Shown here one piece after another: positions 20,013 to 32,200 of a stretch of DNA of 64,000 bases. The notes under the pieces are model-generated. The model made no database searches. It was not told the origin of the DNA and saw only the letters and a list, made by a program, of their open reading frames with translations. The position numbers and the translations under genes were made by a program. The stretch's first letter is position 1; the number at the start of each line of letters is the position of its first letter. The stretch is from Chloroflexota bacterium (GTDB lineage Bacteria; Chloroflexota; UBA11872; VXOZ01), in contig OZ219802.1 in assembly GCA_964291655.2 (NCBI GenBank), positions 416,001 to 480,000 on the forward strand. Direction: 5' to 3'.

Positions 20013-21542
20013 CTACCAGACGTCCGGATCGCGGACGACGACTGTGCCGACCATCTTGTCGTGCCAGGTCTGGCCGTTCTTGTCCCAGAAGGCGGACAAG
20101 AACCCCCACGTCAGGGGCAGGAGGCTGACGAATTTGCCGACCACCTCACGCCGCAGCATGGTCTTGAAACCGGGGTATCTATGCTGCGACAGTTGTACCA
20201 CCTCCAAACCGAACAACGACTTTCCTGGCGTGGTGCCGCGAACCAAGAAAGAGACAAAGAATATGCCGTAGACGATCGGCATGAAGAGATATTGCCAGAA
20301 TATGGTGAGAAAGTTGTAGCCATCCGCTGGATTGAAGCCAGTCAGTCCGAACAGCAGTATAAGACCCACCGGCACGGCGAAGTCCAACGACGCCGCAAGA
20401 AACCGTGGGAAAAAGTGGGCGCGGTGGCCGAGGTCTTCATTCTGAACAAACGTCTTGCACTCTGTACAGAACAAGCGCCCGTCGTAAACCGGAGTACGGC
20501 AGCGAGGACAGCGCAACCCGCCGACCTCCATGTCTTCGAGTACCAAGTCCTCCTCGGCTTCTGTGACGGCGAGGTCTTCCACCTCAACCGCCGTCAACCC
20601 CCGAATGCGCATGGCGCTTTCTTGCACACGCCTCATCTGGTCTGGGTGCCGGAAGTAGCCCTTCACCTGCGCCACCATTCTCTCTGAATCCACACCCGCC
20701 GACATGAAGGTGGCTCCCGTGAGGTCCGAGTCTTCGCCCTGCAGCAGTTCCATCAGTCCGATGTTCCGCCGGAACCAGACTTGCTGGCCCACGCGGCGGT
20801 CAAGTACGCGTACCATGAGCGGACGCCAGTACGTTTGGAAGAGAAAACCGGCCTGGACCCACACGGGCGTTAGCACGACGGAGGCTGAGAGACCGGCAAT
20901 GAGCGGCGGCGAAAAGGCAGCAGTGATTGCACTAATCGCCAACACATTGCCGCCCATGATCGCCAGAAAGGTATGAGGTTCGACATCTAGTGTGAATATC
21001 GACGTGAAGTAGAGGCGCATGCGCTTCTCGTGCTGCAGTGCGTCCCGTTGGACCGCAGCCACCACAGTCCCCAGAATTCCTCCCGCGATCACGACAACCC
21101 AAAGACGTCCGATGAGGACCGGGATGCCAAGCGCCATACTGAGCAAGAGTCCGCCGGCGTTAGTCAGCACGGAAGCGCCCGTGGTATCTGCCGTCAGCGA
21201 CGTCACGGCAAAAGCCAGCACAAGCATCACGGCAATGAAAATTCCAACGACCCTCGCCGACAGCAACTCTGGAATGAAGTAGCTCGTGATGCCAAGAAAC
21301 GCAATAAAGATTACAAGCCCCACGGCGGCAATGAGAATGCCAAAGTAGAAGGGACGCAAGAGCTCCCAGAGGCTGGCGAGCACCACGGCCAAGCCAATAA
21401 AGGCGCTTATTATGCCTATACCCCCGACAAATCCTGCAATCAGAGTCGAGCGGATGTCTGCCACCATAATGAGGACATCGTCCTCAGTGGCTGCTACAAG
21501 CTCCCGCCTATTGAAATCACGCATATCACGCGACCTCCACAC
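20013..21542 (-). CDS. Multi-pass membrane protein with zinc ribbon and C-terminal RDD domain
   Basis: Several TM segments; CPRC...FCTEC; RFLAASLD, GTTPGKSLFGL, QTWHDKMVGTVVV. Confidence 0.8.
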   Translation of the reverse strand: MWRSRDMRDFNRRELVAATEDDVLIMVADIRSTLIAGFVGGIGIISAFIGLAVVLASLWELLRPFYFGILIAAVGLVIFIAFLGITSYFIPELLSARVVGIFIAVMLVLAFAVTSLTADTTGASVLTNAGGLLLSMALGIPVLIGRLWVVVIAGGILGTVVAAVQRDALQHEKRMRLYFTSIFTLDVEPHTFLAIMGGNVLAISAITAAFSPPLIAGLSASVVLTPVWVQAGFLFQTYWRPLMVRVLDRRVGQQVWFRRNIGLMELLQGEDSDLTGATFMSAGVDSERMVAQVKGYFRHPDQMRRVQESAMRIRGLTAVEVEDLAVTEAEEDLVLEDMEVGGLRCPRCRTPVYDGRLFCTECKTFVQNEDLGHRAHFFPRFLAASLDFAVPVGLILLFGLTGFNPADGYNFLTIFWQYLFMPIVYGIFFVSFLVRGTTPGKSLFGLEVVQLSQHRYPGFKTMLRREVVGKFVSLLPLTWGFLSAFWDKNGQTWHDKMVGTVVVRDPDVW

Positions 21543-21632
21543 AGTTAACGCACTGCATCCCTACTGTGCCTATGCTACCCCATTTCCACCGGAGTCGCTA
21601 AGTTTCGCACTCGGAATTAGGAATGAACAAGA

Positions 21633-23012
21633 TCATTCCTTCAAGTAAGATTCCAGCCAGTCTTGCCCGTGCTGCGCGGCTTGTTCCACGCTAATCTCAC
21701 CACGCGCCAGCGGCAGCGTCAGCCGCTCAAATAGCCGAATCGTCATCACGAGGCTGGTCGCCAACGGTGATGCCCGGGCGGTATCGACCAGATGAAACAC
21801 GAGTTCCCTGTCCTGGGGAGGCAGCATGAGTTCCAAGTATTCAGTAGAGGGTTTCTCAATGTGCTGCTGTCCCGCAATGACGGGCGGCATGAGGAGGTGC
21901 TCGCCAAGGTGAAGCGCAAACGGCTGCAACACCTCGTAGGAAAGGGCAGGGTCGCCCGCGACAGTAGGGATTGCCACTGCCTGCGAGACCGCGAGCGGCG
22001 TCACGTCCCGCGGCCCGGCCGGCAGCGGGGCTTGTTGGCCCGGCAGCATGTTGCTGGGAGGTAGATATGTCCAGAAGAGCATGCCGGATAACAAAGTGGT
22101 GAAGTCCGCATCAAAGTGGTCCGCGGTCACGGTTGAGCCATGCGGCATGATGCCGTGCACGCGCCCCAATTCATCCCAGAACTGAAGGCCGCGTAGCGCC
22201 GCGGACTCCGTCAAGCGCACTGCGCCGGTATCAAGGTTTATCACGTCTTCGTCCAGCTCCTGCAACAGGAACGGCAACCAACCTGAAAACAATTTCGCCG
22301 GATTGAACCCCCACGCATCCACAATCCCGTCACTATCTGTATCCTTTGTAAACTGCTGGGCAGCAGCGATGAATTGCTCACGGCTCCAGCCCTTGTCCGG
22401 CAGGGGAATGCCGGCACTGGAGAAGTGCTTCGGGACGTACCGCGCCACGCCGGCATCCAGCGCAACCGGCAGCGCCATGGTCTGGCTTTGATAGCGCACC
22501 AACTCAAGCGCAGCGGGGAGAAACTTCCCTAACGGTTCGGTGCGATCTTGCTGCAGGTACCGGTCGAGCGGCTGAACCAGGCCGCTCCCATATACCCAGG
22601 GAAAGTCAAAGAAAGTGTTGACCATGACCAGGTCCGGTGGTATGCCGGCAGACTCTTGTTCGCTCAGGAACGCCCTCAATGTGACCTGCGCGCGTTCGAT
22701 GAGTGCCAGCGGCTCGGGCGACCACGGAATGCCAATCTTGACGCGTTGTAGCCGGACATCCTCAGGAGCGCCCGGGACCCCGCCCTCATTCCAGCGCTCG
22801 ATGGCATCGCCGACGGTATTGCCGTGCCGGTCCAGCACAGCGGCAACCTTCAGCGTTACGGGCTCGCGGGCAACTTGCGGCACTGAGGCTTGCGGCGCCT
22901 CCGGCTCGGCGCGCGGCTGCTCCGCGTCGTCCTCATCGTCGCCACCGCACGCAGCCACGAGGAGCACCTGCGCACCAAGCAAAGCACTGCCGAGTATCTC
23001 ACGTCTCTTCAC
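21633..23012 (-). CDS. Extracellular solute-binding lipoprotein (sugar ABC type)
   Basis: RR..L signal with lipobox VAAC; PPD, VQPLD, MALP, DTDSDG..DAWG. Confidence 0.8.
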   Translation of the reverse strand: MKRREILGSALLGAQVLLVAACGGDDEDDAEQPRAEPEAPQASVPQVAREPVTLKVAAVLDRHGNTVGDAIERWNEGGVPGAPEDVRLQRVKIGIPWSPEPLALIERAQVTLRAFLSEQESAGIPPDLVMVNTFFDFPWVYGSGLVQPLDRYLQQDRTEPLGKFLPAALELVRYQSQTMALPVALDAGVARYVPKHFSSAGIPLPDKGWSREQFIAAAQQFTKDTDSDGIVDAWGFNPAKLFSGWLPFLLQELDEDVINLDTGAVRLTESAALRGLQFWDELGRVHGIMPHGSTVTADHFDADFTTLLSGMLFWTYLPPSNMLPGQQAPLPAGPRDVTPLAVSQAVAIPTVAGDPALSYEVLQPFALHLGEHLLMPPVIAGQQHIEKPSTEYLELMLPPQDRELVFHLVDTARASPLATSLVMTIRLFERLTLPLARGEISVEQAAQHGQDWLESYLKE

Positions 23013-23189
23013 GAGAGGCTCCCCCCATAACTCAATTTGAAGCCGCAGACAACCGGCAGAATCACTGGAGCTTCAATGGCATAGTTTGACCGCTTACGAC
23101 TTGGATATGGCGCTTTCACATTGAGGCAATCACCTCCTACCCCTGTACTCTTTCCCAAGTGAATTAGCGCCAATTGGCAGCACCCTCAT

Positions 23190-24626
23190 CTACTCGTTCA
23201 CATAGGCTTGCAGCCAGTTCTGTGCCTCTTGCGCGGCTTGCTCTACCGCCATCTCACCGCGCGCCAGCGGCAGTGTTAGCTTCTCGAACAGTTGAAACTG
23301 CATCATAGTACTACTGGCCAGTGGCGATGGGCGGGCAGTTTGCAGTGCGTGGAACGCAAGCTGCCGGTCATGTTCCGGCAGCATGAGATTGATGTAGCCG
23401 GACTGTGGTTTCTCAATATACTCTTGTCCGGAAATAACAGGCGGGAGTAAGAAGCGCTCCCCGAGGTAGCTTGCCAGTGGGACCAGCGCCGCGTACGACT
23501 GGGCGGCATCGCGGGCGCTAGCGGGTATAGCCAAGGAAGCGCCCAAATACAATGGCGTAACGTCGCGCGGTCCGGTGGGAAGTGGAGCTTGTTTTCCCGT
23601 AGAGATGCTGGCGGGGGACGCAAAGTAATAGAAGAATGTGCTGGGATGCCGATTCCAAAATTGAAAACTGTAGAGATCCGCTGTCACATCGGCGCCATGG
23701 GGCATAATGCCATGCACTCTCCCCAAGTCATCCCAGAACTGCAGGCCGCGCAGGGCCGCTGGATCCGTGAGGCGCACTTCGCCGGTATTCAGGTCTACGA
23801 CGTCCCTATCCGTCTCCTGCATGACGAACGGCAGCCAGTTCACAAAGTTGTCTATAGGACGAAAACCCCAGGAATCGACTTTGCCGTCGTTGTCGGTGTC
23901 TTGCGTGAGTCGCTGTGCAGCGGCAATGAAGCCCTCACGAGTCCAGCCGTTCTCGGGCACAGGCAAGTCCGCATCTGCGAAGTGCCTGGGGTTGTACCGC
24001 GCGACGCCGGCGCCCAAGGAAACGGGCAATGCCATCATCTGGCCTCTAAAGCGCACCAAATCCAAGGCCGGCGGCAAGAACTTCGCTAAGGGATCGTTGC
24101 CGTCTTGCTGCAAAAGGCGATCAAGCGGCTGGATGATGCCGCTGCGGAAGGCCCAGGGGAAATCGAAGAGGCGATTGACCATGAGCACATCCAACGGCGT
24201 GCCGGCAGACTCCCGCTCGGCCAAGAATGCTTGAACGCGCTCTTGTATATGCTCGAGACTCTCCAGCGGCCCCTGCCGGGAGGAAATCTGAATCGTGAGG
24301 CGCTCTAGCAGGATTTCCTCAGACGCGCCGGGAAACTCGCCCCTGTTCCACTCATCAACGGCTTTACCAACCACAGAGCCGAATTCAACCAACATTGAGG
24401 CTAGCGTTAGCGTCGTCGTTTCTCGCGCCGGCTTGGGCACGGAAGCCTGCGGGGCCTCCGGTGCGGTCCGCGGCTGCTGGGCGTCGTCCTCATCATCATC
24501 GCCGCCGCAGGCAGCCAGGGCGACCGCCTGAGCGCCAAGAAGAGCGTAGCCAAGCCAAGTTCGCCTCGTGACTTTCCTGGCAAGAGTCGGCAGAAATGGC
24601 AGACTCCGAAGTCTCGTCGCAGTCAT
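23190..24626 (-). CDS. Extracellular solute-binding lipoprotein, paralog of the adjacent gene (start uncertain)
   Basis: TRRTWL..ALAACGG; shares FDFPW, ALRGLQFWD.LGRVHGIMPHG and LTLPLARGE with 21633-23012. Confidence 0.8.
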   Translation of the reverse strand: MTATRLRSLPFLPTLARKVTRRTWLGYALLGAQAVALAACGGDDDEDDAQQPRTAPEAPQASVPKPARETTTLTLASMLVEFGSVVGKAVDEWNRGEFPGASEEILLERLTIQISSRQGPLESLEHIQERVQAFLAERESAGTPLDVLMVNRLFDFPWAFRSGIIQPLDRLLQQDGNDPLAKFLPPALDLVRFRGQMMALPVSLGAGVARYNPRHFADADLPVPENGWTREGFIAAAQRLTQDTDNDGKVDSWGFRPIDNFVNWLPFVMQETDRDVVDLNTGEVRLTDPAALRGLQFWDDLGRVHGIMPHGADVTADLYSFQFWNRHPSTFFYYFASPASISTGKQAPLPTGPRDVTPLYLGASLAIPASARDAAQSYAALVPLASYLGERFLLPPVISGQEYIEKPQSGYINLMLPEHDRQLAFHALQTARPSPLASSTMMQFQLFEKLTLPLARGEMAVEQAAQEAQNWLQAYVNE

Positions 24627-24897
24627 GCGGGACCTCCTGAATTGCACACATTTCTCCGTGATTGGAGAAACCCCCATATTCGAGTATGTACCGCTATGTG
24701 GATGCAGTCAAGAGGATTCAGGAAGCGGTGCAAGACACTAGATTCCCTGCAGCAAGCGAAGACGGCGATTCAGAGTACCTCGCAGATGGTGCTCCAAACC
24801 TGCCTTTGTGTACAGAGAATTACTGCCAAGAAGGCGTCTCTGTCCGCCAGAATTTTGCAGGACTTTCCTAGGCGAATGCAGGTAGGTTAGTGGATTT

Positions 24898-24923
24898 GTG
24901 CTTCGACAGGCTCAGCACGAACG
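24898..24923 (-). repeat. CGTTC-tagged REP-like palindrome
   Basis: Minus strand CGTTCGTGCTGAGCCTGTCGAAGCAC, an imperfect hairpin downstream of the kinase. Confidence 0.55.
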
Positions 24924-24971
24924 CTTCGCAAAGCTAAGGGAATCCTGTCTTGCGAGATTGGGAAAGCGCCT

Positions 24972-26393
24972 TCAGGAGCGTGGCAAGGTGAATGTAAAGC
25001 GGCTACCTTCACCCAGAGTGCTCTCAGCCCGGATTGTGCCGCCGTGGGCCTCGACCAACTGCTTCGCGATGGTTAGTCCGAGGCCGGCGCCGCCGGTGCT
25101 GCGGGTACGTGAAGGATCGACACGATACAGCCTATCAAAGACGTAAGGCAGGTCTTCATTGGGGATGCCCTCGCCGCTATCGGCGACCGTCACCGATAGC
25201 TTCTCAGGATGCTGTTCAATAGAGACGCCAATCGATCCGCCCTCAGGCGTGTGCGTCACCGCATTCTGCAGCAGATTGTTCATGACCTGCTCAATACGCG
25301 TGCGATCGATATTGACGAGGCGACCTGCCGCCGCCTCGTCAGGCCTAGAGTCACCTGTCAATTCAATGCCCCTACTCTGTGCCTGCTGTCGAAAACTCTC
25401 CACCGTCCGTGTAATCACCTCGGCAAGAATCGCTTGCTCAAGATCTAGCTTAAAGTCAGCGGATTCGGTCTCTGCCAGCACACGGAGGTCCTCCACCAGC
25501 TTCGAGAGGTACATCGTTTGCTGGTGTATGTGCGCAATTGTGGCCTCGTCCGCATCTAAAATGCCATCGCGAACCGCCTCGACATAGCCCCGGATGTTCG
25601 TAAGTGGTGTGCGCAGTTCATGCGCCACATCGGCAACCATATTGCGGCGCTGCCGTTCGGCGTTTTCAAGTCCCTCGGCCATGGCATTGAATGTGCTCGT
25701 CAGTTCGCCAATTTCATCGCGCCCGGAGACAGTTACCCGTTGTGTAAGATCGCCTTTTCCCAGCTCTTGCGCCGCGGACGTCAGCCTGCGCACCGAACGG
25801 AGCATCCTCCGCGACAGCAATGACACCAGCAGAATTCCACCCAAGCCCGCACCAAGTCCCGACCACAGGAGCGAACGAAACGTCGTATCGGCAAATTGCC
25901 GCAGAGAGGGTTCCGTGATTTCCGCCAAAGTCTCGTCTGCGGCAGCCACCCTTCCCGGACCTCGAGACCGTCTGAACGTGGGGCGTGAAGCTACCGGGCC
26001 GACATGCACGGAACCAACGTCTACGTTATCCACGACTACGGGCACGGCGGTGTAGTTCTTATTCTCAAGGGAGCGTCTGCCATTGCTCGCTTGCTTTGGA
26101 GCATAGAGAACTTCGTCGTCCTCGTTGAGAATGCGGATGTCGCGGCCTGTCAGGTAACTCGCGCGTTCAACAATGGCTCCAACGCCCGTCCAACTGCCTC
26201 TAAGCTCATAGAATTCTGTGAACGCTTCATGAATTCTGGCTAGGTCGGCCTCATTGGTAGCGGCCCGCAAGTCCTCAACTTCCCTTTCCGCCGCAAGTCC
26301 GCTGATGAGCCCAACCGCCGCAAGCGCCAACATGAGTACGAAGGCGAACGCGACGATGAGGCGAAACTGGAGGCTGAAGAACCACCTAGTCAT
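24972..26393 (-). CDS. HAMP-domain sensor histidine kinase (BaeS-like)
   Basis: Two TM segments, HAMP (DEIGEL..TFN.MA), [26 protein letters not shown]. Confidence 0.95.
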   Translation of the reverse strand: MTRWFFSLQFRLIVAFAFVLMLALAAVGLISGLAAEREVEDLRAATNEADLARIHEAFTEFYELRGSWTGVGAIVERASYLTGRDIRILNEDDEVLYAPKQASNGRRSLENKNYTAVPVVVDNVDVGSVHVGPVASRPTFRRSRGPGRVAAADETLAEITEPSLRQFADTTFRSLLWSGLGAGLGGILLVSLLSRRMLRSVRRLTSAAQELGKGDLTQRVTVSGRDEIGELTSTFNAMAEGLENAERQRRNMVADVAHELRTPLTNIRGYVEAVRDGILDADEATIAHIHQQTMYLSKLVEDLRVLAETESADFKLDLEQAILAEVITRTVESFRQQAQSRGIELTGDSRPDEAAAGRLVNIDRTRIEQVMNNLLQNAVTHTPEGGSIGVSIEQHPEKLSVTVADSGEGIPNEDLPYVFDRLYRVDPSRTRSTGGAGLGLTIAKQLVEAHGGTIRAESTLGEGSRFTFTLPRS

Positions 26394-27072
26394 TGCTAAA
26401 TCTATAGCCCACGCCGTACACGGTCTGGATGTGATCGGGGCCGCTCAGTGGCCTGATCTTCCGCCTGATGTTGGCAATGTGTGCGTCTACTGTCCGGTCA
26501 AAGCCCTGAAAGTCAAAACCAAGCACGCGATCTATGATCTGTTCGCGCGAAAACGTCCGCTCCGGTTCCTTGATAAGCATGACGAGGATCCCGAACTCGG
26601 TTGGCGTCAGGTCTGCTTTTTGGTCATCCGCGTAGACTTTCCGACGATGCAAGTCAACAGTAACACCGCTGTGCGCAACCTCCGCCGGGCCGCCCTCCAG
26701 TTCATCTTTGACGCTACGGCGGAGCACCGCCCGAATGCGCGCTGCCAGTTCTCGGGGACTAAACGGCTTGGTCACGTAGTCATCGGCGCCCAAGTCCAGT
26801 CCCTTCAAGCGGTCTTCCTCCTCGACGCGGGCCGTCACCATGACAATCGGCACCATAGACTCCTGCCGCAACGCCCGGCACACCTCGATTCCGTTAAGTT
26901 TTGGGAGCATGAGATCCAAAACCACCAGGTCCGGCTGGGCACTCCTGGCGAGCTGCAAGCCTTTGATGCCGTCGTGCGCATACAGTACCTTGTGCCCATC
27001 ACGCTGCAGATAGAGGCTGACCAGCTTTACGGTATCCGGATCATCTTCAACTATGAGTACTGTACTCGCCAT
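26386..27072 (-). CDS. OmpR-family response regulator
   Basis: [32 protein letters not shown]. Confidence 0.96.
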   Translation of the reverse strand: MASTVLIVEDDPDTVKLVSLYLQRDGHKVLYAHDGIKGLQLARSAQPDLVVLDLMLPKLNGIEVCRALRQESMVPIVMVTARVEEEDRLKGLDLGADDYVTKPFSPRELAARIRAVLRRSVKDELEGGPAEVAHSGVTVDLHRRKVYADDQKADLTPTEFGILVMLIKEPERTFSREQIIDRVLGFDFQGFDRTVDAHIANIRRKIRPLSGPDHIQTVYGVGYRFSND

Positions 27073-27457
27073 GTGAGACTTTCTCCGTATCTAAATGGAC
27101 TTTGCGGACCGCGCCTCTTCTCCTGCAGCCAATTCGGTCCTGACAAGAGCGAAAGGCGAGCCGGACCATGTTGGTCTTTCTCCACCCGCACGACATTCGG
27201 CTTTTGTTCTTCTCATTCCCCGTGGGATACACTCCTGCAATCCGGTGCTAGAGAGCGGTAAAGTCTTGGCACGGTCTTTGATTTGCTATCTCCTTTTAAG
27301 CATAACAACAACTGTGAAGGAATTATGAAGGTTCTACGGCAGCGAGCAACTCCTGGCAAGCGCCGGATCGGCAAGCCTGCCAGGAGTTGCTCATGGTGGT
27401 ACGTGTTCCAATGCACCGTACGATGCGAGGCGGGTGACGGTGCTTCAGTCCGCCACT

Positions 27458-28201
27458 CTAGTTGTCGTCCGAAGAATCTGTGGGAGTAGACGTGGGGGTA
27501 GCTGGGCCAGGCGTAAGCGTGGGCATTGCCGGTGTCAGTTCATTCTTATCCTGATGATATCCTCTGAAGTTAAAGAGCCCATTTTGGAAGGATGACCCGT
27601 TTCCCCGCTGCCAGCCATGGTTTCCGCCGCGATCGAATCGACCGCGCTTTTGGATAACATTAAGTTGGCCGGCGTACCGCTCGCGAATCTCGTCTGCCTG
27701 CTCTTGGGTGATACGGCCGCTGCCGACAAGCGTGTCAAGATACTGGGTCAAACTCTCCTCGGTCATGCCGGTCATCATGCCCATCTGCCCTTTTGAGGAG
27801 AAATGGCCGCGACCACTAGACGTGCCACGCCGATCCCATTCACCTCTCTTGCCGCCAACTGAGTCGCCGGCAAGCCAGAAGGAGTCCGGCCGAGCCGCGT
27901 ACCAATCGCGGAGTTCCTCAGCCTGATCCTCAGTGATCTGGCCGCTCTCCACCAGAGCATCGAGCCGCTGCCCGACCATCTCCTCGAATCGTTCGTCGCG
28001 CATCTCCTGCCGCGCCTGATCGAAGGCGTCTTGGACGCGCTGTTCATCCAACCCAAGAATGTCGGCGACTCGGGTAATCAACCCGCGTACGGATTGGTCT
28101 TCCCCGTTGCCACTCTCCTGTGCCAATGCGGTGCCGCCGCCAACACCCACTGCCAGTGCAAGTAACGCACATAGACCAATGAGCCAATGTCTTTTTCGCA
28201 T
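27458..28201 (-). CDS. Secreted hypothetical protein with repeated L..LV.SG.IT..QA motifs
   Basis: Signal peptide ending ALA; two copies of the repeat; Gly/Arg-rich linkers; lies upstream of the two-component pair. Confidence 0.7.
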   Translation of the reverse strand: MRKRHWLIGLCALLALAVGVGGGTALAQESGNGEDQSVRGLITRVADILGLDEQRVQDAFDQARQEMRDERFEEMVGQRLDALVESGQITEDQAEELRDWYAARPDSFWLAGDSVGGKRGEWDRRGTSSGRGHFSSKGQMGMMTGMTEESLTQYLDTLVGSGRITQEQADEIRERYAGQLNVIQKRGRFDRGGNHGWQRGNGSSFQNGLFNFRGYHQDKNELTPAMPTLTPGPATPTSTPTDSSDDN

Positions 28202-28568
28202 ACTTTACCTCCCGTGATTAGAATTGCTCTGTCCGCCTCTCATTCGATCGTACTGAGGGATTGTCAAGGAATTTCGAACGCAAGCTCGCGGCAACCCATT
28301 GAGTGCCGCTATTCCCACTCTCGACTACCCAAAAACTTCATCCTTGGGGGATAGATTGACCCCAGACCGCCGGAACCTTCATAGTTAATTCACAATTTGC
28401 GAGCATCATAGCGGAGCATTGTAGAGGCGAATGCAGGGCTCATAGCGTCCTAATGGCTAATGCGGGGGTCACGTGCGGCCTGATTGCCACACTCTTCAAT
28501 CGCCCACAAAAAACAACCCGCACCGCAATTTCCTCGACAATTTACGTCGTGCGATAGGGAGGCACACT

Positions 28569-29033
28569 TTGGAACTGTTTGCCAACACCATCCAAGACCT
28601 GCATGCAATTGCCGTTCATTTCCCGATTGGGCTCCTCGTAGTCAGCGCTGGATTGAGCGCGTTCCTCTTCACTAGAACCAGTCCTTCATTGCAGCACGCT
28701 ACGTGGTTTATGCTGTGGCTGGGGACAATTGGCGCTGTAGTCTCGACGATTACCGGACTGATCTCACACTTTCCATACGAAGAGCTGGAAGTACACAGCG
28801 TCATTGACGTCCATCTACGCTGGAGCTTTGGGGCTACTGCCCTCTTCATTGCCGTGACAATGTGGCGAGGGATCTCCCGCTGGCGCAAGCGCGACGTGGG
28901 AGCGAATCCCCTTTACCTCGTCTTTGTTTTGCTTGGCATCGCAGCCTTGACGGTTTCGGGAATGACCGGTGGCGACCTGGTCTACGAGTACGGCATCAAC
29001 GTGCGGGGCATAAACCCATTGCTCGAGCAATAA
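28569..29033 (+). CDS. DUF2231 family membrane protein
   Basis: LHAIAVHFPIGL and GGDLVYEYGI; TTG start after AGGGAGG. Confidence 0.8.
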   Translation: MELFANTIQDLHAIAVHFPIGLLVVSAGLSAFLFTRTSPSLQHATWFMLWLGTIGAVVSTITGLISHFPYEELEVHSVIDVHLRWSFGATALFIAVTMWRGISRWRKRDVGANPLYLVFVLLGIAALTVSGMTGGDLVYEYGINVRGINPLLEQ

Positions 29034-29095
29034 TTCGAGCATCCTCCTGGCGAGAGAGTCTCACCTCACTTCAAGTTCTTTCTCAAGCTCAATAG

Positions 29096-29126
29096 AAAAA
29101 CGCCCTTCCTCGGCGAGGAAGGTCGT
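29096..29126 (-). terminator. Intrinsic terminator of the RND gene
   Basis: CCTTCCTC-ggc-GAGGAAGG hairpin preceded by AAAAA, giving a U-tract on the minus strand. Confidence 0.6.
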
Positions 29127-29230
29127 CTCACATGTCGGTTTGTCACGTCCGGCAGCGCCGTGAACCGCAATGCTACAGTCTCATCACGGCAACGAAAAGA
29201 CTTCAGTCGTCCCAGCCAATGCTCGCCCGG

Positions 29231-32200
29231 TCACGAAACGCCCTCTGGTTGTGAAAACTCATCGGGCACTGCGACGCGCTCGATCGCAGGCCGCCGACGC
29301 GGCTCGCGACGGAACAGGCCGGGAATGCTCTGGTTGGCCAGGGTATAGACGACTGGCACCACGAGCAGGGTCAGGAACGTCGAGCTCACCAAGCCGCCGA
29401 TCACCACGGTTGCGAGTTCAGCGCCCAAGATTCCGCCCGAGTCTTCTGAAAAGGCGGCCAAGGGAACCAAAGCAAAACTCGTGGTGATGGCCGTCATCAA
29501 GATAGGCCGCAACCGAATGCGCCCACCGTGCATGAGGGCTTCGTAGACGGTGAAGCCACGCTCCCGCAGTTGCTCGACAAACGACACGAGCACCACTGCG
29601 TTGGTAACGACAATACCGATCAGCAGCAGAATGCCCATCATCCCCGGTAGGCCGAGTGAGCGTCCGGTGATTGCCAGCGCTGCCAAAGCGCCAATCAAGG
29701 CGAGCGGCAAGCTGGTGACAATCACGAACGGATTTCGCAGCGAACCGAGGCTGGCAACCATGACCAAGTACACCATGATGATACCGATCGCCATGGCAAG
29801 GAAGATATCCTCAAAGCCTTCCGCGATTTGCGCAAAGACTCCGGCATTCGTAACAGTCACGCCGGGAGGCAGATCGAGGGCATCGATCTTCTCCTGGATC
29901 AGGAGCCCTACAGCTTGGGTGTCGTCTGCGGTTATGTCACCGCTGATTCCCGCCGAACGCAAACGGTCGGTGCGATTAATTGCAACTGGACCTTCTACCA
30001 CCTGAACCGTTGCAATGTCACTCAGGGGAGCAATCCCCCCTGGACCGGCAATCATGAGTGAACTAATCGTCTGGACGCTGTTGATGGTACCCGCCGGCCC
30101 ACTCAGGATTACGTCAATCGGTCCGTCGCCCACGTCAATCTGGGTGACAGTCTGACCTACAAGAATCTGGTTGATTTGGAAGGCGACCGTCTGGGTGCTC
30201 AAGCCGAGCGCCGCCGCCCGTGCAGGGTCAACGTTGACGACCACCTCCTCCCGGGCCTCGCTCACGTCGCTCGTGACATCCTCAAGGCCGTCGATGGTTG
30301 CCAACTCGCTCGCGAGCAGCAGCGCGATAGACGCAATCTCGTCATAGTCATTCCCTGTGATACTGATTTCCAAGCCGGCGGCAGGAGGTCCGCCGCCGAC
30401 ATCGACGATCGTAATCCTGCGGTCTGCCGTGGTGGGCAGCCTTTGCCTCAGAATGTCAACGATGTTTTCCGGTACATCCTCCTTTAGTTGGACGAATGTG
30501 GAAGCTTGATTGAATCCGGTCGTGAAACTTTGCGCGGAGGCGCCGGCAGCGGCGCCGGCAGTCGTGCTATAGATATCCGAAAACTCGCTAATTTGCTCCT
30601 CTAGAGCGATGACCTCGGCCAGGGTTTCTTCAGCGCGCGTGCCCGGCGGCAATTCCATGTTGATGGTAACGAACTCGGTCCCACCAGATGAGAAGAGGTT
30701 TATGGGAATGAAGCGCAGCAGCCCCAGGCTGCCCCCGGCAATGACGATGGCCGCCAGCAGAGTAAGCGTCTTGTGACTCAGCGACCAGCGCAGCATGGGC
30801 ACATAAATGCGCTGCATCCAGTTATTCGTCTCCGGTATCTCATCTTCTTCGCCGGCGCCCTCGGGCAAGTCGCCGGGCCGCAGCAAGTACGCTCCCAGCA
30901 CGGGCACGGCAGTCAAGGCCACCAAGAGCGATGCGATCAAGGCAAAGCTGACCGCCAACGCAAAGGGGAAGAAGAACGCCCCTACGAGACCCTGAATAAA
31001 GGCCAGCGGCGCAAATATCACAATTGTCGCCAGCGTGGAGGCCGTAATGGCGGGGCCAACTTCCACCGTTGCGTCTAGGGCGGCGCGCCAGCGCTCCCTA
31101 CCGCCCTCGATATTCCGGTAGACATTCTCCAGCACCACGATGCTGTCGTCCACCACACGTCCCACGGATATGGCTAATCCCCCCAACGTCATGAAGTTCA
31201 GCGTCAAGCCCTGCCAGTCCATGAGCAGAACGCCGGCAAAGATGCTGAGAGGGATCGAAAGAACTATCACCAAAGTCGGGCGTAGGGTCCGAAAGACGCC
31301 CCGAAAGGCATTTGGGCGCAGGGTAAGGAAGAAGGCAAAGACGACGATCGTTGCAAGGGTCAGACCCAATACCGCTTCCCGCTCCAATGTATCAATCTGC
31401 GCTTGGATTTGGGGGCCGTCGTTGTAGACGATGATCACTTCCACATCCGGCGGCAGAATGTCCAATGCCGTCAGAGCCTCTTCCACGGCAGTTGTGACGT
31501 CTACCGTGTTGGCGTCCGGCTCTTTGAATACGGAAATATCAATGCTGGGCTTGCCATTCGTTCGCGAGATACTGCGCGCAGTGCTCGCGCCGAGCTGCAC
31601 GTCAGCGACATCAGCCAACCGCAACGGCTGCGGCGGGGCGCCAGTCTGTGATGGTGGCCCGACGAGCGTACGTGGAATCACCAACTGCCGGAGCTCGTCC
31701 AACGTCCCGAATCGGTTGGTTGTCTTCACCGGCAGAACCTGGCCGTTGCGCGTTATCGCCCCACCGGGAAACGTGATGTTGTTCTCACGCAGCGCCTGCG
31801 AGACCTGAAACAGCGAAATACGCTCCTCCAAGAGACGATCAGGATCTACCGTGATGAGAACCTGTTGCTGCACGTCTCCGGTGACCTCAACGATCGCAAT
31901 GCCGTCGATACCGGAGATCTTGGGGAGGACACTGGTCTCGAGTATTTCCTGTAACTCTACAATTTCCCTCTCGCCAGTGACGCTAATGCGCATAGAAGGA
32001 ATCGAGTCCGGGTCTATGCGCCCAACATCGGGGTCATTCACAACATCGGGAAAAGAGATCCCACTTACTTTGGAGTTAACGATGTTTTCCGCCTCTTCCA
32101 TGTCAGTGCCGAACTTGAAAGAGGCAATGATGACAGACAGGTTCTCTGTAGAAATGGATTGGACGGTGTCTAAGCCGTCAATCCCCGCAATCGCATCTTC

